A model generated the notes under the pieces. It was not told the origin of the DNA, searched no databases, and saw nothing but the letters and a program-made list of their open reading frames with translations. DNA of 64,000 nt from Pseudomonadota bacterium (lineage in GTDB: Bacteria > Bdellovibrionota_C > UBA2361 > OMII01): NCBI GenBank assembly GCA_046300175.1, contig JBKCMS010000009.1:71-64070 (forward strand), written 5' to 3'. Position numbers and translations under genes: made by a program. Below, in pieces: positions 56,721 to 64,000 of this stretch (its first letter is position 1; the number at the start of each line of letters is the position of its first letter).

Positions 56721-56921
56721 GTTAGCCCGGAAATTTCATGAAGCCTGCTACTACGATCGCCGACAACGGTGCTTTTTCGGTTCAAAAATCGATTTTCGGA
56801 CCGGAATGTATCACGATACGACTCCGCCCAAAAAATCGATTTTTGAATTCGCCCTACGGGCCCGAAAAATCACCATTCCCGGCGCTCTCGCGACACAGTT
56901 TCATGAAATACCCGGGCTAGC
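56721..56921 (-). mobile_element. MITE-like palindromic repeat element, copy B (intact terminal inverted repeats)
   Basis: Left end GTTAGCCCGGAAATTTCATGAA against the reverse complement of the right end, GCTAGCCCGGGTATTTCATGAA (19/22). The whole element is an imperfect long palindrome. It is inverted relative to copy A. Confidence 0.6.
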
Positions 56922-56994
56922 CTGATTGATTTTTGAAAATAACGAGCGAGAATAGGCGCGATTAATTTTCTAAAAAAAAACAATCGCGCGGGGT

Positions 56995-57693
56995 TTATTT
57001 GCCTGGTCTGGCTAATTCAAATGCGCTCTCCACATTTGAGTAGCGCACTCCTCCCAATCGAGAGACAGGCTTAATCTCATCCTCTCGGACCCGTCCGGCT
57101 TGCCAAGCTGCTGCATGTATATGAAACCTGACGATCTCTCCGATCACTACCGTCGACGCTCCAGCCTCCTGTCTACCTACCTGATGGAGGGAGATAACCC
57201 GACACTCGAAATGTACTGGTGACTCTTTAATTCGCGGCGGAGTAACCACCACCGATGGCAACGAAGTCAGACCCACCTGTTCCACCTCACTAACACCGTA
57301 GGGATACTCGGCCCCGCACTGATTCATCGCCTCTACCATCCACTCTGCGACGGTGTTCACAACAAACTCCCCAGTTTGCTCGATATTCCGCAGTGTATCC
57401 TTTTTCGTGCCGTCTGACTTGAATCCGATCGCAAACATAACTGCCGGCGGGTTGCTCGACACTCCATTGAAGAAACTGTAGGGCGCCACATTTACCGAGC
57501 CGTTTTCACTCAGTGTAGATATGAAAGCGATAGGACGTGGGACGATAGTATCGCTCAGCAATCGATAACGCGCCGCAATATTGAGAGATGCCGGGTCAAG
57601 CGTCACCATATCACCTACCGGTGATTGCACCGGAGTTCCTGGCTGCCATGAGGGATTCGGACTCGAAACTATCTTCATAGTCCGAGGATACAA
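56995..57693 (-). CDS. Flavin reductase-like (FMN-binding split-barrel) protein
   Basis: PRPIAFISTLSENGSVNVAPYSFFNGVSSNPPAVMFAI is the typical flavin reductase domain core. Confidence 0.75.
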   Translation of the reverse strand: MYPRTMKIVSSPNPSWQPGTPVQSPVGDMVTLDPASLNIAARYRLLSDTIVPRPIAFISTLSENGSVNVAPYSFFNGVSSNPPAVMFAIGFKSDGTKKDTLRNIEQTGEFVVNTVAEWMVEAMNQCGAEYPYGVSEVEQVGLTSLPSVVVTPPRIKESPVHFECRVISLHQVGRQEAGASTVVIGEIVRFHIHAAAWQAGRVREDEIKPVSRLGGVRYSNVESAFELARPGK

Positions 57694-57736
57694 TGATAGA
57701 CGCTTAGCGGGAAGAGTTTATGGCGCTGAGCCTATG

Positions 57737-58816
57737 TCAGGTAACAATTTTTCTCTCTGTCGCTATATCGTCGGTCTTTTGTTGATTCGAACACACGATC
57801 TGACTATCAACTGGTCCCTGGATATAGGAACCTCGAAGAGCCACCGTGCGCTTAATCGATGCACCGGACGCCACAAAGATGTCAGCCTCCAGATATACAA
57901 AAGGACCCAGTGAAGCTCCCTGCTCCACAGTACACCTTGGGCCAACACAAACCGGGGGTACAATAGTCACTCCAGGATCGACTAGCGCTGCCGAATCAAT
58001 CTGCACACTCGGGGACATACCAGACATAAATAGATGGTTAAGCGCTAGTAGATCAGAAGCGCTTGTGAGATCATGCCGGTGCGACACCTCGAATCCGATT
58101 ATCTTAGGAGCTTTCGGGGGGATGTTTCTCTCCGATGAGGGTAGTCTTGCAGGCAGTTCTCGAGCGAGTTTAGCAAACACCGCAGGCAACTCGTACTCAC
58201 CGCGTTCCGATGGCACAAGGGCAGGTAGCCACACGAAGACATCCTCAGTGCACACGTATAACGGCAATGCGGTTATATTCGATATTCGCTCTGTTGGGCC
58301 CGGCTTTTCGATTAGCTCAACGACCCTCCCCTGCTCTATTCGGACTACCGACCGCGCCTCAAGCGGTGTGTCTGCACTTACCTGCATTACACCAATAGAA
58401 GCGTCGGCTTGTTCACTTTCGTGCCTCTCACACAACGCTTTAATATCGTGAGACGGGACTATGCTGTCACAAGCCGATACGACAAAGGACCCAGAAACAT
58501 AGCCTTTGCAAACTCGCAGCGCGTCTCCACTACCACGAGGCGCGCCCTGCTCAACAACCTGAACATCGGTACGAGCTGCAAAGTAACTTTTCAGCTCTGC
58601 ATCGGACGGCGCTGCGACCACAATAAAGCGCTGAATCCCTGATACGGACATCTCGTGCATCACGTGCGCTATCATCGGCTTTCCCAACACCGGGACCATA
58701 GCCTTTGACCGACCCCGCGTCGCTTCCCCTAACCGGGTACCCCGTCCGGCCGCTAAGATTATCGCCGTTGTTATCACCGCACCTCCTCGATCGGTCCACC
58801 TGTAGTTGTCTGACAA
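57737..58816 (-). CDS. Sugar-phosphate nucleotidyltransferase with C-terminal left-handed beta-helix-like region
   Basis: AIILAAGRGTRLG...SKAMVPVLGKPMI is the NTP-transferase signature. The C-terminal ~100 aa have a hexapeptide-repeat character. Overlaps the upstream kinase gene by 43 nt if ATG 58816 is used. Confidence 0.7.
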   Translation of the reverse strand: MSDNYRWTDRGGAVITTAIILAAGRGTRLGEATRGRSKAMVPVLGKPMIAHVMHEMSVSGIQRFIVVAAPSDAELKSYFAARTDVQVVEQGAPRGSGDALRVCKGYVSGSFVVSACDSIVPSHDIKALCERHESEQADASIGVMQVSADTPLEARSVVRIEQGRVVELIEKPGPTERISNITALPLYVCTEDVFVWLPALVPSERGEYELPAVFAKLARELPARLPSSERNIPPKAPKIIGFEVSHRHDLTSASDLLALNHLFMSGMSPSVQIDSAALVDPGVTIVPPVCVGPRCTVEQGASLGPFVYLEADIFVASGASIKRTVALRGSYIQGPVDSQIVCSNQQKTDDIATERKIVT

Positions 58817-60018
58817 CGATGAATCGAATAACTATGCTTATACTCTGGAAACCGTCTCGAATAACCTACATCAACCGCTGCAGCGATCGAATCGCGCTTG
58901 GCCGGGTCGATCAATGCTAGGCAGCATCCTTGGAATCCCCCCCCGCAGAAACGAGTTCCATAGACACCGGGAATATCTGCAAGTATTTCGTAGAGTGCAA
59001 TAAGCGCCGGGCTGCCGCTCTCATAGTAAGCGATCGAAGAATGGCCGGACTGAGTTATCAATTCCCCAAATAGACGAAGATCACCTTTTGACCACGCTTG
59101 CACCCCCCGTTTTACTCGATCCTGTTCCTCGAAAAAATGGCATGCTCGCCGCCGTAGCGTATCTGGTAGATTTATGGCGTAGCGTTCATAGACATCTTGT
59201 GAGACGTCTCCTAACACCGGATTGTTGGCGATCGGGGCGTTGGAGCACTTCAATAACTCGCGGGCAGCAGTCTGGCACTCAGCTACCCGCTGGTTAAATG
59301 GTGTCGCTGTGAGCTGTCTACTGACACCGGAATACACAACTAAAAATTCCCACCCAATACTGGTTTCTCCAATTTTAACCGGGGTCACGCGGTCATCCCG
59401 ACAGTCAATGACTGTCAAAGAATGAGGCTGACTAAACAGTATAACAGATTGGTCGAGCACACCGTTGTTAAGTCCAAGGTATCGATTCTCGATTTGTGAA
59501 ACAAATGAAACTAGCTGTCGTTCAGAGAGAGATACACCCTGCGCGTAGGTCAGTGCCCGCAGGTATGCGATGCAGACAGCAGCCGAGGAACTTAGTCCTC
59601 CGATCGGCATGGTACCATCAATCACGGCAGAGAGACCGTGCCTTAAAGGTATACCTGCCTGACGGAGTACGGCGATAGCTCCACGCAGATAGTTTGCCCA
59701 ATCACCCTCTACCCGTCCTCGTGCATCTGCCAGATTAACAGAAACTTTTTGATTAAAAATCGTACTTGCAACTTCCACGTTAGACGCGTCGGTAATAGAG
59801 GCTACCAGATCAATTGAGCGGTCGATGGCAAAGCCAGTCACTATTCCTTTTTGATGATCACTGTGGGCACCCAAGGGACAGAGACGCAGCGGCACAGATA
59901 GAGCGAATAAATGTTGGGCACGACTTGAGCCAAACTCTCGCTCAAATCTGGCACACAACTCCTTCCGACGTTTGCCGGCGAAACCTAAACTTGGCTGGGA
60001 AAACTCAATAGCTACCAT
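58774..60018 (-). CDS. GHMP-family sugar 1-kinase (galactokinase-like)
   Basis: GalK-signature-like LRLCPLGAHSDHQKG. GHMP motif II MPIGGLSSSAAVCIAYL. ATG 60018 overlaps the upstream MFS gene end by 7 nt. Confidence 0.7.
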   Translation of the reverse strand: MVAIEFSQPSLGFAGKRRKELCARFEREFGSSRAQHLFALSVPLRLCPLGAHSDHQKGIVTGFAIDRSIDLVASITDASNVEVASTIFNQKVSVNLADARGRVEGDWANYLRGAIAVLRQAGIPLRHGLSAVIDGTMPIGGLSSSAAVCIAYLRALTYAQGVSLSERQLVSFVSQIENRYLGLNNGVLDQSVILFSQPHSLTVIDCRDDRVTPVKIGETSIGWEFLVVYSGVSRQLTATPFNQRVAECQTAARELLKCSNAPIANNPVLGDVSQDVYERYAINLPDTLRRRACHFFEEQDRVKRGVQAWSKGDLRLFGELITQSGHSSIAYYESGSPALIALYEILADIPGVYGTRFCGGGFQGCCLALIDPAKRDSIAAAVDVGYSRRFPEYKHSYSIHRCQTTTGGPIEEVR

Positions 60019-61268
60019 ATTTCCAAAGGAACCTTGCTCGCAGGCAATGAGCGCACGACACTCCATGCCACCAGGTAAGCGAAAGCGCAGATCACAAAAA
60101 GAGGTACGTAAGAACCAGTATACTCTAAAACGTGTCCTGCCACCTCAGCTAATAAGATACCTCCGACTGCTCCCGCCATACCACCGAATCCAACTACTGA
60201 GCCCACTGCCCTTTTTGGTACGGTAGTCGATGCAATCGCAAAGAGATTAGCCGACCATCCCTGGTGCGCAGCCGCGGCCACACTCAGAAGTACTATTGCC
60301 AATACAATATTGTCCGCGCGCGCCAGAGATATCACTGAAATAGCCGCGAGAGAACATCCCAACATAACGCGGAGTCGCGCTGCCGCCTCAGGAACCCCGC
60401 GACGTGCAAGCCACCCAGAACACCATCCACCACCAATACTACCGACATCGGCCGCAAGATAAATTACTACGAGCGGCATACCCAACCCAGCCAAGCCTAA
60501 TCCATAGGTGGTGCTAAGGTACTTGGGCGTCCAATATAGGTAGAACCACCACACTGGGTCGGTGAGAAACTTGGCAGTCGCGAAGGTCCAAGTCGCTCGC
60601 CAGGTGATCACTGATCTCATGCTGAGACGCTGAATATTCGCCTCACTAGAATCATCGTGACATGAATCAGCTTTCGCTGGTGGTCCATGAAAGAACACCG
60701 CTGCCAGAGCTAGCCAAATAAAACCGACTGCGCCCAACCCTATAAAAGCAGCCTGCCATCCATAATGCACTGTAAGCAGAGGAACAATTATCGGCGCAAG
60801 CACCGCTCCCACATTAGCCCCACAGTTAAGAATACCGATAGCCAGCGGCCTTTCACGCTCAGGAAACCACTCAGCCACGCTTTTGATTGATGCCGGGAAA
60901 TTAGCTGATTCGGCCAACCCAAGTCCGAACCGAGCGTATGCAAAGTGCGCCACATTGCGAGCAAAACCGTGCGCCATGGACGCAAGGCTCCACAAGAAAA
61001 CGGCTAATGATAATCCGAATCGGCTTCCAAAGCGATCGACAAACCAGCCACTGCATACCAACCCAATTGCATAAGCAGTCTGAAAAGAAGTAACGATGTG
61101 TCCGTAAGCTAGCTCGCTCCAACCGAATTCGCGCTGCAACTCGGGTGCCAAAATTCCGAGCACCTGCCGGTCCATGTAATTACAAGTTGTCGCCAGAAAC
61201 AGAAGTCCACAAATTACCCAGCGGTAGCGAACGTCTCTACTCCACCAATAGGTGTCCTTTGATCCCAT
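60012..61268 (-). CDS. MFS transporter, ACS/ExuT-like (hexuronate-type)
   Basis: NYMDRQVLGILAP, GLGLAESANFPASIKSVAEWFPERERPLAIGILNCGANVGAVLAPIIV. This parallels E. coli ExuT (WFPAKERSIAVGYFNVGSSIGAMIAPPLV) from memory. Confidence 0.75.
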   Translation of the reverse strand: MGSKDTYWWSRDVRYRWVICGLLFLATTCNYMDRQVLGILAPELQREFGWSELAYGHIVTSFQTAYAIGLVCSGWFVDRFGSRFGLSLAVFLWSLASMAHGFARNVAHFAYARFGLGLAESANFPASIKSVAEWFPERERPLAIGILNCGANVGAVLAPIIVPLLTVHYGWQAAFIGLGAVGFIWLALAAVFFHGPPAKADSCHDDSSEANIQRLSMRSVITWRATWTFATAKFLTDPVWWFYLYWTPKYLSTTYGLGLAGLGMPLVVIYLAADVGSIGGGWCSGWLARRGVPEAAARLRVMLGCSLAAISVISLARADNIVLAIVLLSVAAAAHQGWSANLFAIASTTVPKRAVGSVVGFGGMAGAVGGILLAEVAGHVLEYTGSYVPLFVICAFAYLVAWSVVRSLPASKVPLEIW

Positions 61269-61328
61269 ACCGAGAAGGATAGCGCAGCGAGCTTGTTAGA
61301 GTAATATGCTCTTTTCGGCCATCCAGCC

Positions 61329-61739
61329 TCAATCGCCATGCAGTGGAGGATTTCGCGGATTACCCTCAAATCGCGCACGCTGATGGCGCACAGCCGCGCC
61401 TTGCGCCCGTGAAATCGCCTGCTCCAGCTGCTTCTGTGCAGCACGACACGCATCGCGCATAGCAACGTATATATCCTCATGAGAATGGTTACGTTCAGGA
61501 TCATGACTTACAACTACGTCGCCCCCTGGCAAGTGAAATCGCAAAGAGATGTGGTACAAGTTTCCTTGATGATGGTGACGGTGTCGGCCCTCTATAGTCA
61601 TCGTTCCATGCATTATAGCCGGAAAATATCGCAACAACCTCGCCATCAGATGCTTTGCTCTTATGTCGACAGCCTCGGATGGCTCTGCTTGATGAAAAAC
61701 AACTGTACAGCGCTCAGAGATGCTCTTACCATTGTGCAT
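61329..61739 (-). CDS. HPF/RaiA-like ribosome-associated protein (divergent)
   Basis: The pattern (...LRYFPAIMHGTMTIE...YHISLRFHLPGGDVVVSH...EDIYVAMRDACRAAQKQLEQ) follows the beta-alpha-beta-beta-beta-alpha layout and the D-x-Y-x-A-hydrophobic-D motif of HPF. Confidence 0.5.
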   Translation of the reverse strand: MHNGKSISERCTVVFHQAEPSEAVDIRAKHLMARLLRYFPAIMHGTMTIEGRHRHHHQGNLYHISLRFHLPGGDVVVSHDPERNHSHEDIYVAMRDACRAAQKQLEQAISRAQGAAVRHQRARFEGNPRNPPLHGD

Positions 61740-61859
61740 AGGCCTCGCTCCAAAAAGTGGTCCAGGGCTTAGGATATCTTCGCACAGGCCAAATTCCGGA
61801 GTATGAGGCTTGCCAGGTAATAGACCAAACTGCTCTATACAACAGCGAGGCAGCCACCA

Positions 61860-61907
61860 TGAATTAACACTTGACTGAATTAATACTTGGCTGAATTAAT
61901 ACTTGAC
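61860..61907. repeat. Three tandem 16-bp direct repeats in a divergent intergenic region
   Basis: TGAATTAACACTTGAC / TGAATTAATACTTGGC / TGAATTAATACTTGAC, head to tail with no spacers. Confidence 0.8.
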
Positions 61908-61961
61908 TGGCCACTGTATTACTGCTAACATTTTACAGTATTAATTAGGTCTGAGGTATAT

Positions 61962-62579
61962 ATGAAAAAACCTATGGCTGCCCTCTTCGCTTCGCTGCTC
62001 GCCATCACACAAGCTCATGGCGCACCACATACCTTTACCCCTCAGGATTATATCGAGTACGGCATCTACTTCGCCGAGAGCGGGCGTAGTAGCGCAAAAG
62101 CGGTCAAGCTGCTAGACATCAGGTTCGGCAACCTAGAGGATTACTACCGCAACCTACTCCCGCGAGGAGCCGCGGTCCCTAGTCGCCTACAAATTCTAAA
62201 ACTTAGGACAAAGGTAGGGTCGGTAATCGTTAACAGGAAAGACAATCTGGGACTATCCATAACGCGCGACAGCTGGAATGAAACAAAACGAAGTGGAACC
62301 AAGCGACTGGAAGTACGATTTGAAAACGCTACCTGCACCGATGCCAATGGAGTATCTTCTCCTTGCATTGCAGACCTGCTACTCACCACAGACAAACCCG
62401 ATCTTAACCACGGCGTGATTCGCGAGCCTCGCACTCTCGTGATCACAACTTCGACCGGCCTGCAGTTTCGCTATCGATCGGCCCGGATTGACGGAACAAA
62501 ACCCTTCAATCTACCACGGCTCAGGCGCTTCCCTGTCATCACCAACTATGCGTTCGAGAAGATCCTAAGAGTTGATTAG
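61962..62579 (+). CDS. Hypothetical secreted protein (205 aa)
   Basis: Signal peptide MKKPMAALFASLLAITQAHG|AP. GAGGTATAT precedes the ATG. No family recognised. Confidence 0.45.
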   Translation: MKKPMAALFASLLAITQAHGAPHTFTPQDYIEYGIYFAESGRSSAKAVKLLDIRFGNLEDYYRNLLPRGAAVPSRLQILKLRTKVGSVIVNRKDNLGLSITRDSWNETKRSGTKRLEVRFENATCTDANGVSSPCIADLLLTTDKPDLNHGVIREPRTLVITTSTGLQFRYRSARIDGTKPFNLPRLRRFPVITNYAFEKILRVD

Positions 62580-63756
62580 CAACTCGATCAAAGCGCTCCA
62601 ACACGCTTGGCCACGAAAATTCATGCTCAACGTAGACACGCCCCCGCTCGGCGAATTGACCTCGTCGGCCCCCATCATCCATGAAGTAACGCGTTACACC
62701 AGCAAAGTCTGTGGCAGAAGACAGATACAGCCCTCCTCCCGATTGCAATACATGGTGTTTCGTAACCGCACATTCACCATGCACAACCACTGGAGTACCA
62801 ACCATCCATGACTCCATCAATACAATCGAAAACGACTCATTAACGGAAGGCTGGCATAAGAAGAGCGCGTGCCGCAGTAGTCTCCTCTTATCCCTCTCAC
62901 TCAAGTGCGGAAGATCTACTACATCACCCCTCTTTAGGGCGTCTTCCCTGTGCAAATCAGAAAAGCTGCCACCTCCCAGAATGACTAGCTTCACTCGTTC
63001 ATCTACTAGCCCCAGAGCCTTTGATTCACAGAAATAGTCGATCAACACCTGGGCATTTTTCCCCATCTCCTTTCGACCAAGATAGAGAATGTAAGGGAAA
63101 GACTGATCGAAATACGGCTCAAGCTGAGCCACCTCCTGATTACTTGGCAAATCAAATCCCATACCTACGACGCCCCCTTCAATATCTCCATAGAGCGAGC
63201 GTGCCAACTCCATTTCAGGAGCTGCATTAAAGATACAGCCACGGACACTACGAAACATCGTGCAGATCAGATCAAGGTACGCATAGGGCTCATCATGCAA
63301 ACATGGCACTAGAACGCTCTTGTCCGGGAAAATCTGAGAACCCCAAAAAGTAGTGCCAAAAAGATACGGCCCAAAGAAAATCAGATCAAAATCTCGACCA
63401 TGCTGACAAAGGTAGCTGTACAATTCCGTTGAATTAACGCTCTCCTGCATCCAGGTTAATTGCTCTGCTGATGAAACCCTCTTACCTTCATGAATCGCCA
63501 CTTGAACCGGAATCCACGAATCCAGATTGCGCTTGTCGACAGGAAACCGTACCAAACGCATCCCGGCAACCTCGCTTACTCCCCCCGGCAACTCGTTCTG
63601 CCAGGTGCGGTTATCACATGCGCATGTAGCCAGTAGCTCAACATAGTCGCCGCGCTGATGAAGTTGATAGGCCAGGGCTCCAAGCAAGGTCTCGGCACCT
63701 CCTGCAATTCCCTCAAAAAAACGTGGCAATACGAAGCAAAAACGTTTTTGGTCCAT
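62539..63756 (-). CDS. Glycosyltransferase, GT-B fold (GT4/Glycos_transf_1-like)
   Basis: N-terminal GGAETLL. C-terminal LFLCQPSVNESFSIVLMESWMVGTPVVV is the E-x7-E region. Start moved to ATG 63756. Confidence 0.75.
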   Translation of the reverse strand: MDQKRFCFVLPRFFEGIAGGAETLLGALAYQLHQRGDYVELLATCACDNRTWQNELPGGVSEVAGMRLVRFPVDKRNLDSWIPVQVAIHEGKRVSSAEQLTWMQESVNSTELYSYLCQHGRDFDLIFFGPYLFGTTFWGSQIFPDKSVLVPCLHDEPYAYLDLICTMFRSVRGCIFNAAPEMELARSLYGDIEGGVVGMGFDLPSNQEVAQLEPYFDQSFPYILYLGRKEMGKNAQVLIDYFCESKALGLVDERVKLVILGGGSFSDLHREDALKRGDVVDLPHLSERDKRRLLRHALFLCQPSVNESFSIVLMESWMVGTPVVVHGECAVTKHHVLQSGGGLYLSSATDFAGVTRYFMDDGGRRGQFAERGRVYVEHEFSWPSVLERFDRVANQLLGSSRTHSW

Positions 63757-63915
63757 GCGTATCCAGGCTCTTACGAGCAAAACAACACTATTTTCAACGC
63801 GTTAGCACTTTTTTACCAGATCAAAGCACACTCCGACAATTTCGGACCATATCATTACTATGTGTGCAGCGCGAGTCAGTTGCCACCACTGGAAAACACA
63901 AACCGAGGAAATATT

Positions 63916-64000
63916 ATGACACAGGTACCACAACCCCTGCTGCTGACGGTTAAGGAAGTGGCTAAGCTTTTAAGAATTCATCGCCCAAAGGTCTATGACC
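63916..64000 (+). CDS. Excisionase/AlpA-type helix-turn-helix DNA-binding protein, 3'-truncated by window edge
   Basis: GAGGAA sits 6 nt upstream of the ATG. MTQVPQPLLLTVKEVAKLLRIHRPKVYD matches the LT-x-x-E-x-A-x-x-L-x-x-S/H-x-x-T/K-V/I-Y pattern of excisionase-family HTH domains. Confidence 0.5.
   Translation, partial: MTQVPQPLLLTVKEVAKLLRIHRPKVYD

Noticed and set aside
61860-61907. The tandem repeats as a miniature CRISPR array.
   Set aside because: The units are 16 bp and directly abutting with no spacers. There are no cas genes in the window.
61911-61945. A LexA SOS box (CTGT...ACAG) downstream of the tandem repeats.
   Set aside because: The ACTGTA and TACAGT half-sites are ~15-17 nt apart rather than the CTGT-N8-ACAG spacing. 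The arms are only 6 bp.

Overview
This is a 64-kb chromosomal segment from a diderm (outer-membrane-bearing) bacterium. It is densely packed with housekeeping genes. I saw no rRNA, CRISPR array, transposase, integrase or recognisable defence gene.

Gene order, left to right:
- A type II secretion operon: gspD (cut by the window edge), gspE, gspF, gspG and three minor pseudopilins.
- An EntD/Sfp-type phosphopantetheinyl transferase.
- A minus-strand block of UDP-sugar dehydrogenase, 4-epimerase, and Liv-type ABC permeases with one ATPase.
- An M50 protease and an LpxL-family acyltransferase.
- A large secreted PD40 / thrombospondin-type-3-repeat protein.
- IMPase, queG, tRNA-Glu(UUC) and a polyprenyl synthase.
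- pgeF-rluD-ribF.
- A full tol-pal cluster (tolQ-R-A-B, pal, cpoB).
- gap-tpiA, a PfkB kinase, and a FemAB-like + DUF2334 pair.
- ispH, tyrA, a REC-PAS-histidine kinase, dcd, rpsT and lptE.
- The rpmJ-rpsM-rpsK-rpsD-rpoA-rplQ operon.
- A Gfo/Idh/MocA oxidoreductase, a methyltransferase, valS and a flavin reductase.
- An operon of MFS (ExuT-like) transporter, GHMP sugar kinase and nucleotidyltransferase.
- An HPF-like gene, a glycosyltransferase, and a partial excisionase-type HTH gene at the right edge.

I did not find a convincing novel multi-gene protein system. The unusual content is mostly non-coding:
1. A ~200-bp palindromic, TIR-bounded MITE-like element is present twice in inverted orientation (38025-38224 and 56721-56921).
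2. A different ~190-bp element (40566-40755) is bounded by 21/22-nt inverted repeats and packed with five near-perfect hairpins.
3. A run of five unrelated perfect hairpins lies upstream of valS.
4. A ~590-nt spacer with no ORF of 60 aa or more splits tolB from pal.
5. A 3 x 16-bp tandem repeat sits in a divergent promoter region.

The best protein-level lead is a putative hexuronate salvage operon (transporter, 1-kinase, NDP-sugar pyrophosphorylase).

All calls rest on motif reading by eye. No database search or folding computation was possible.
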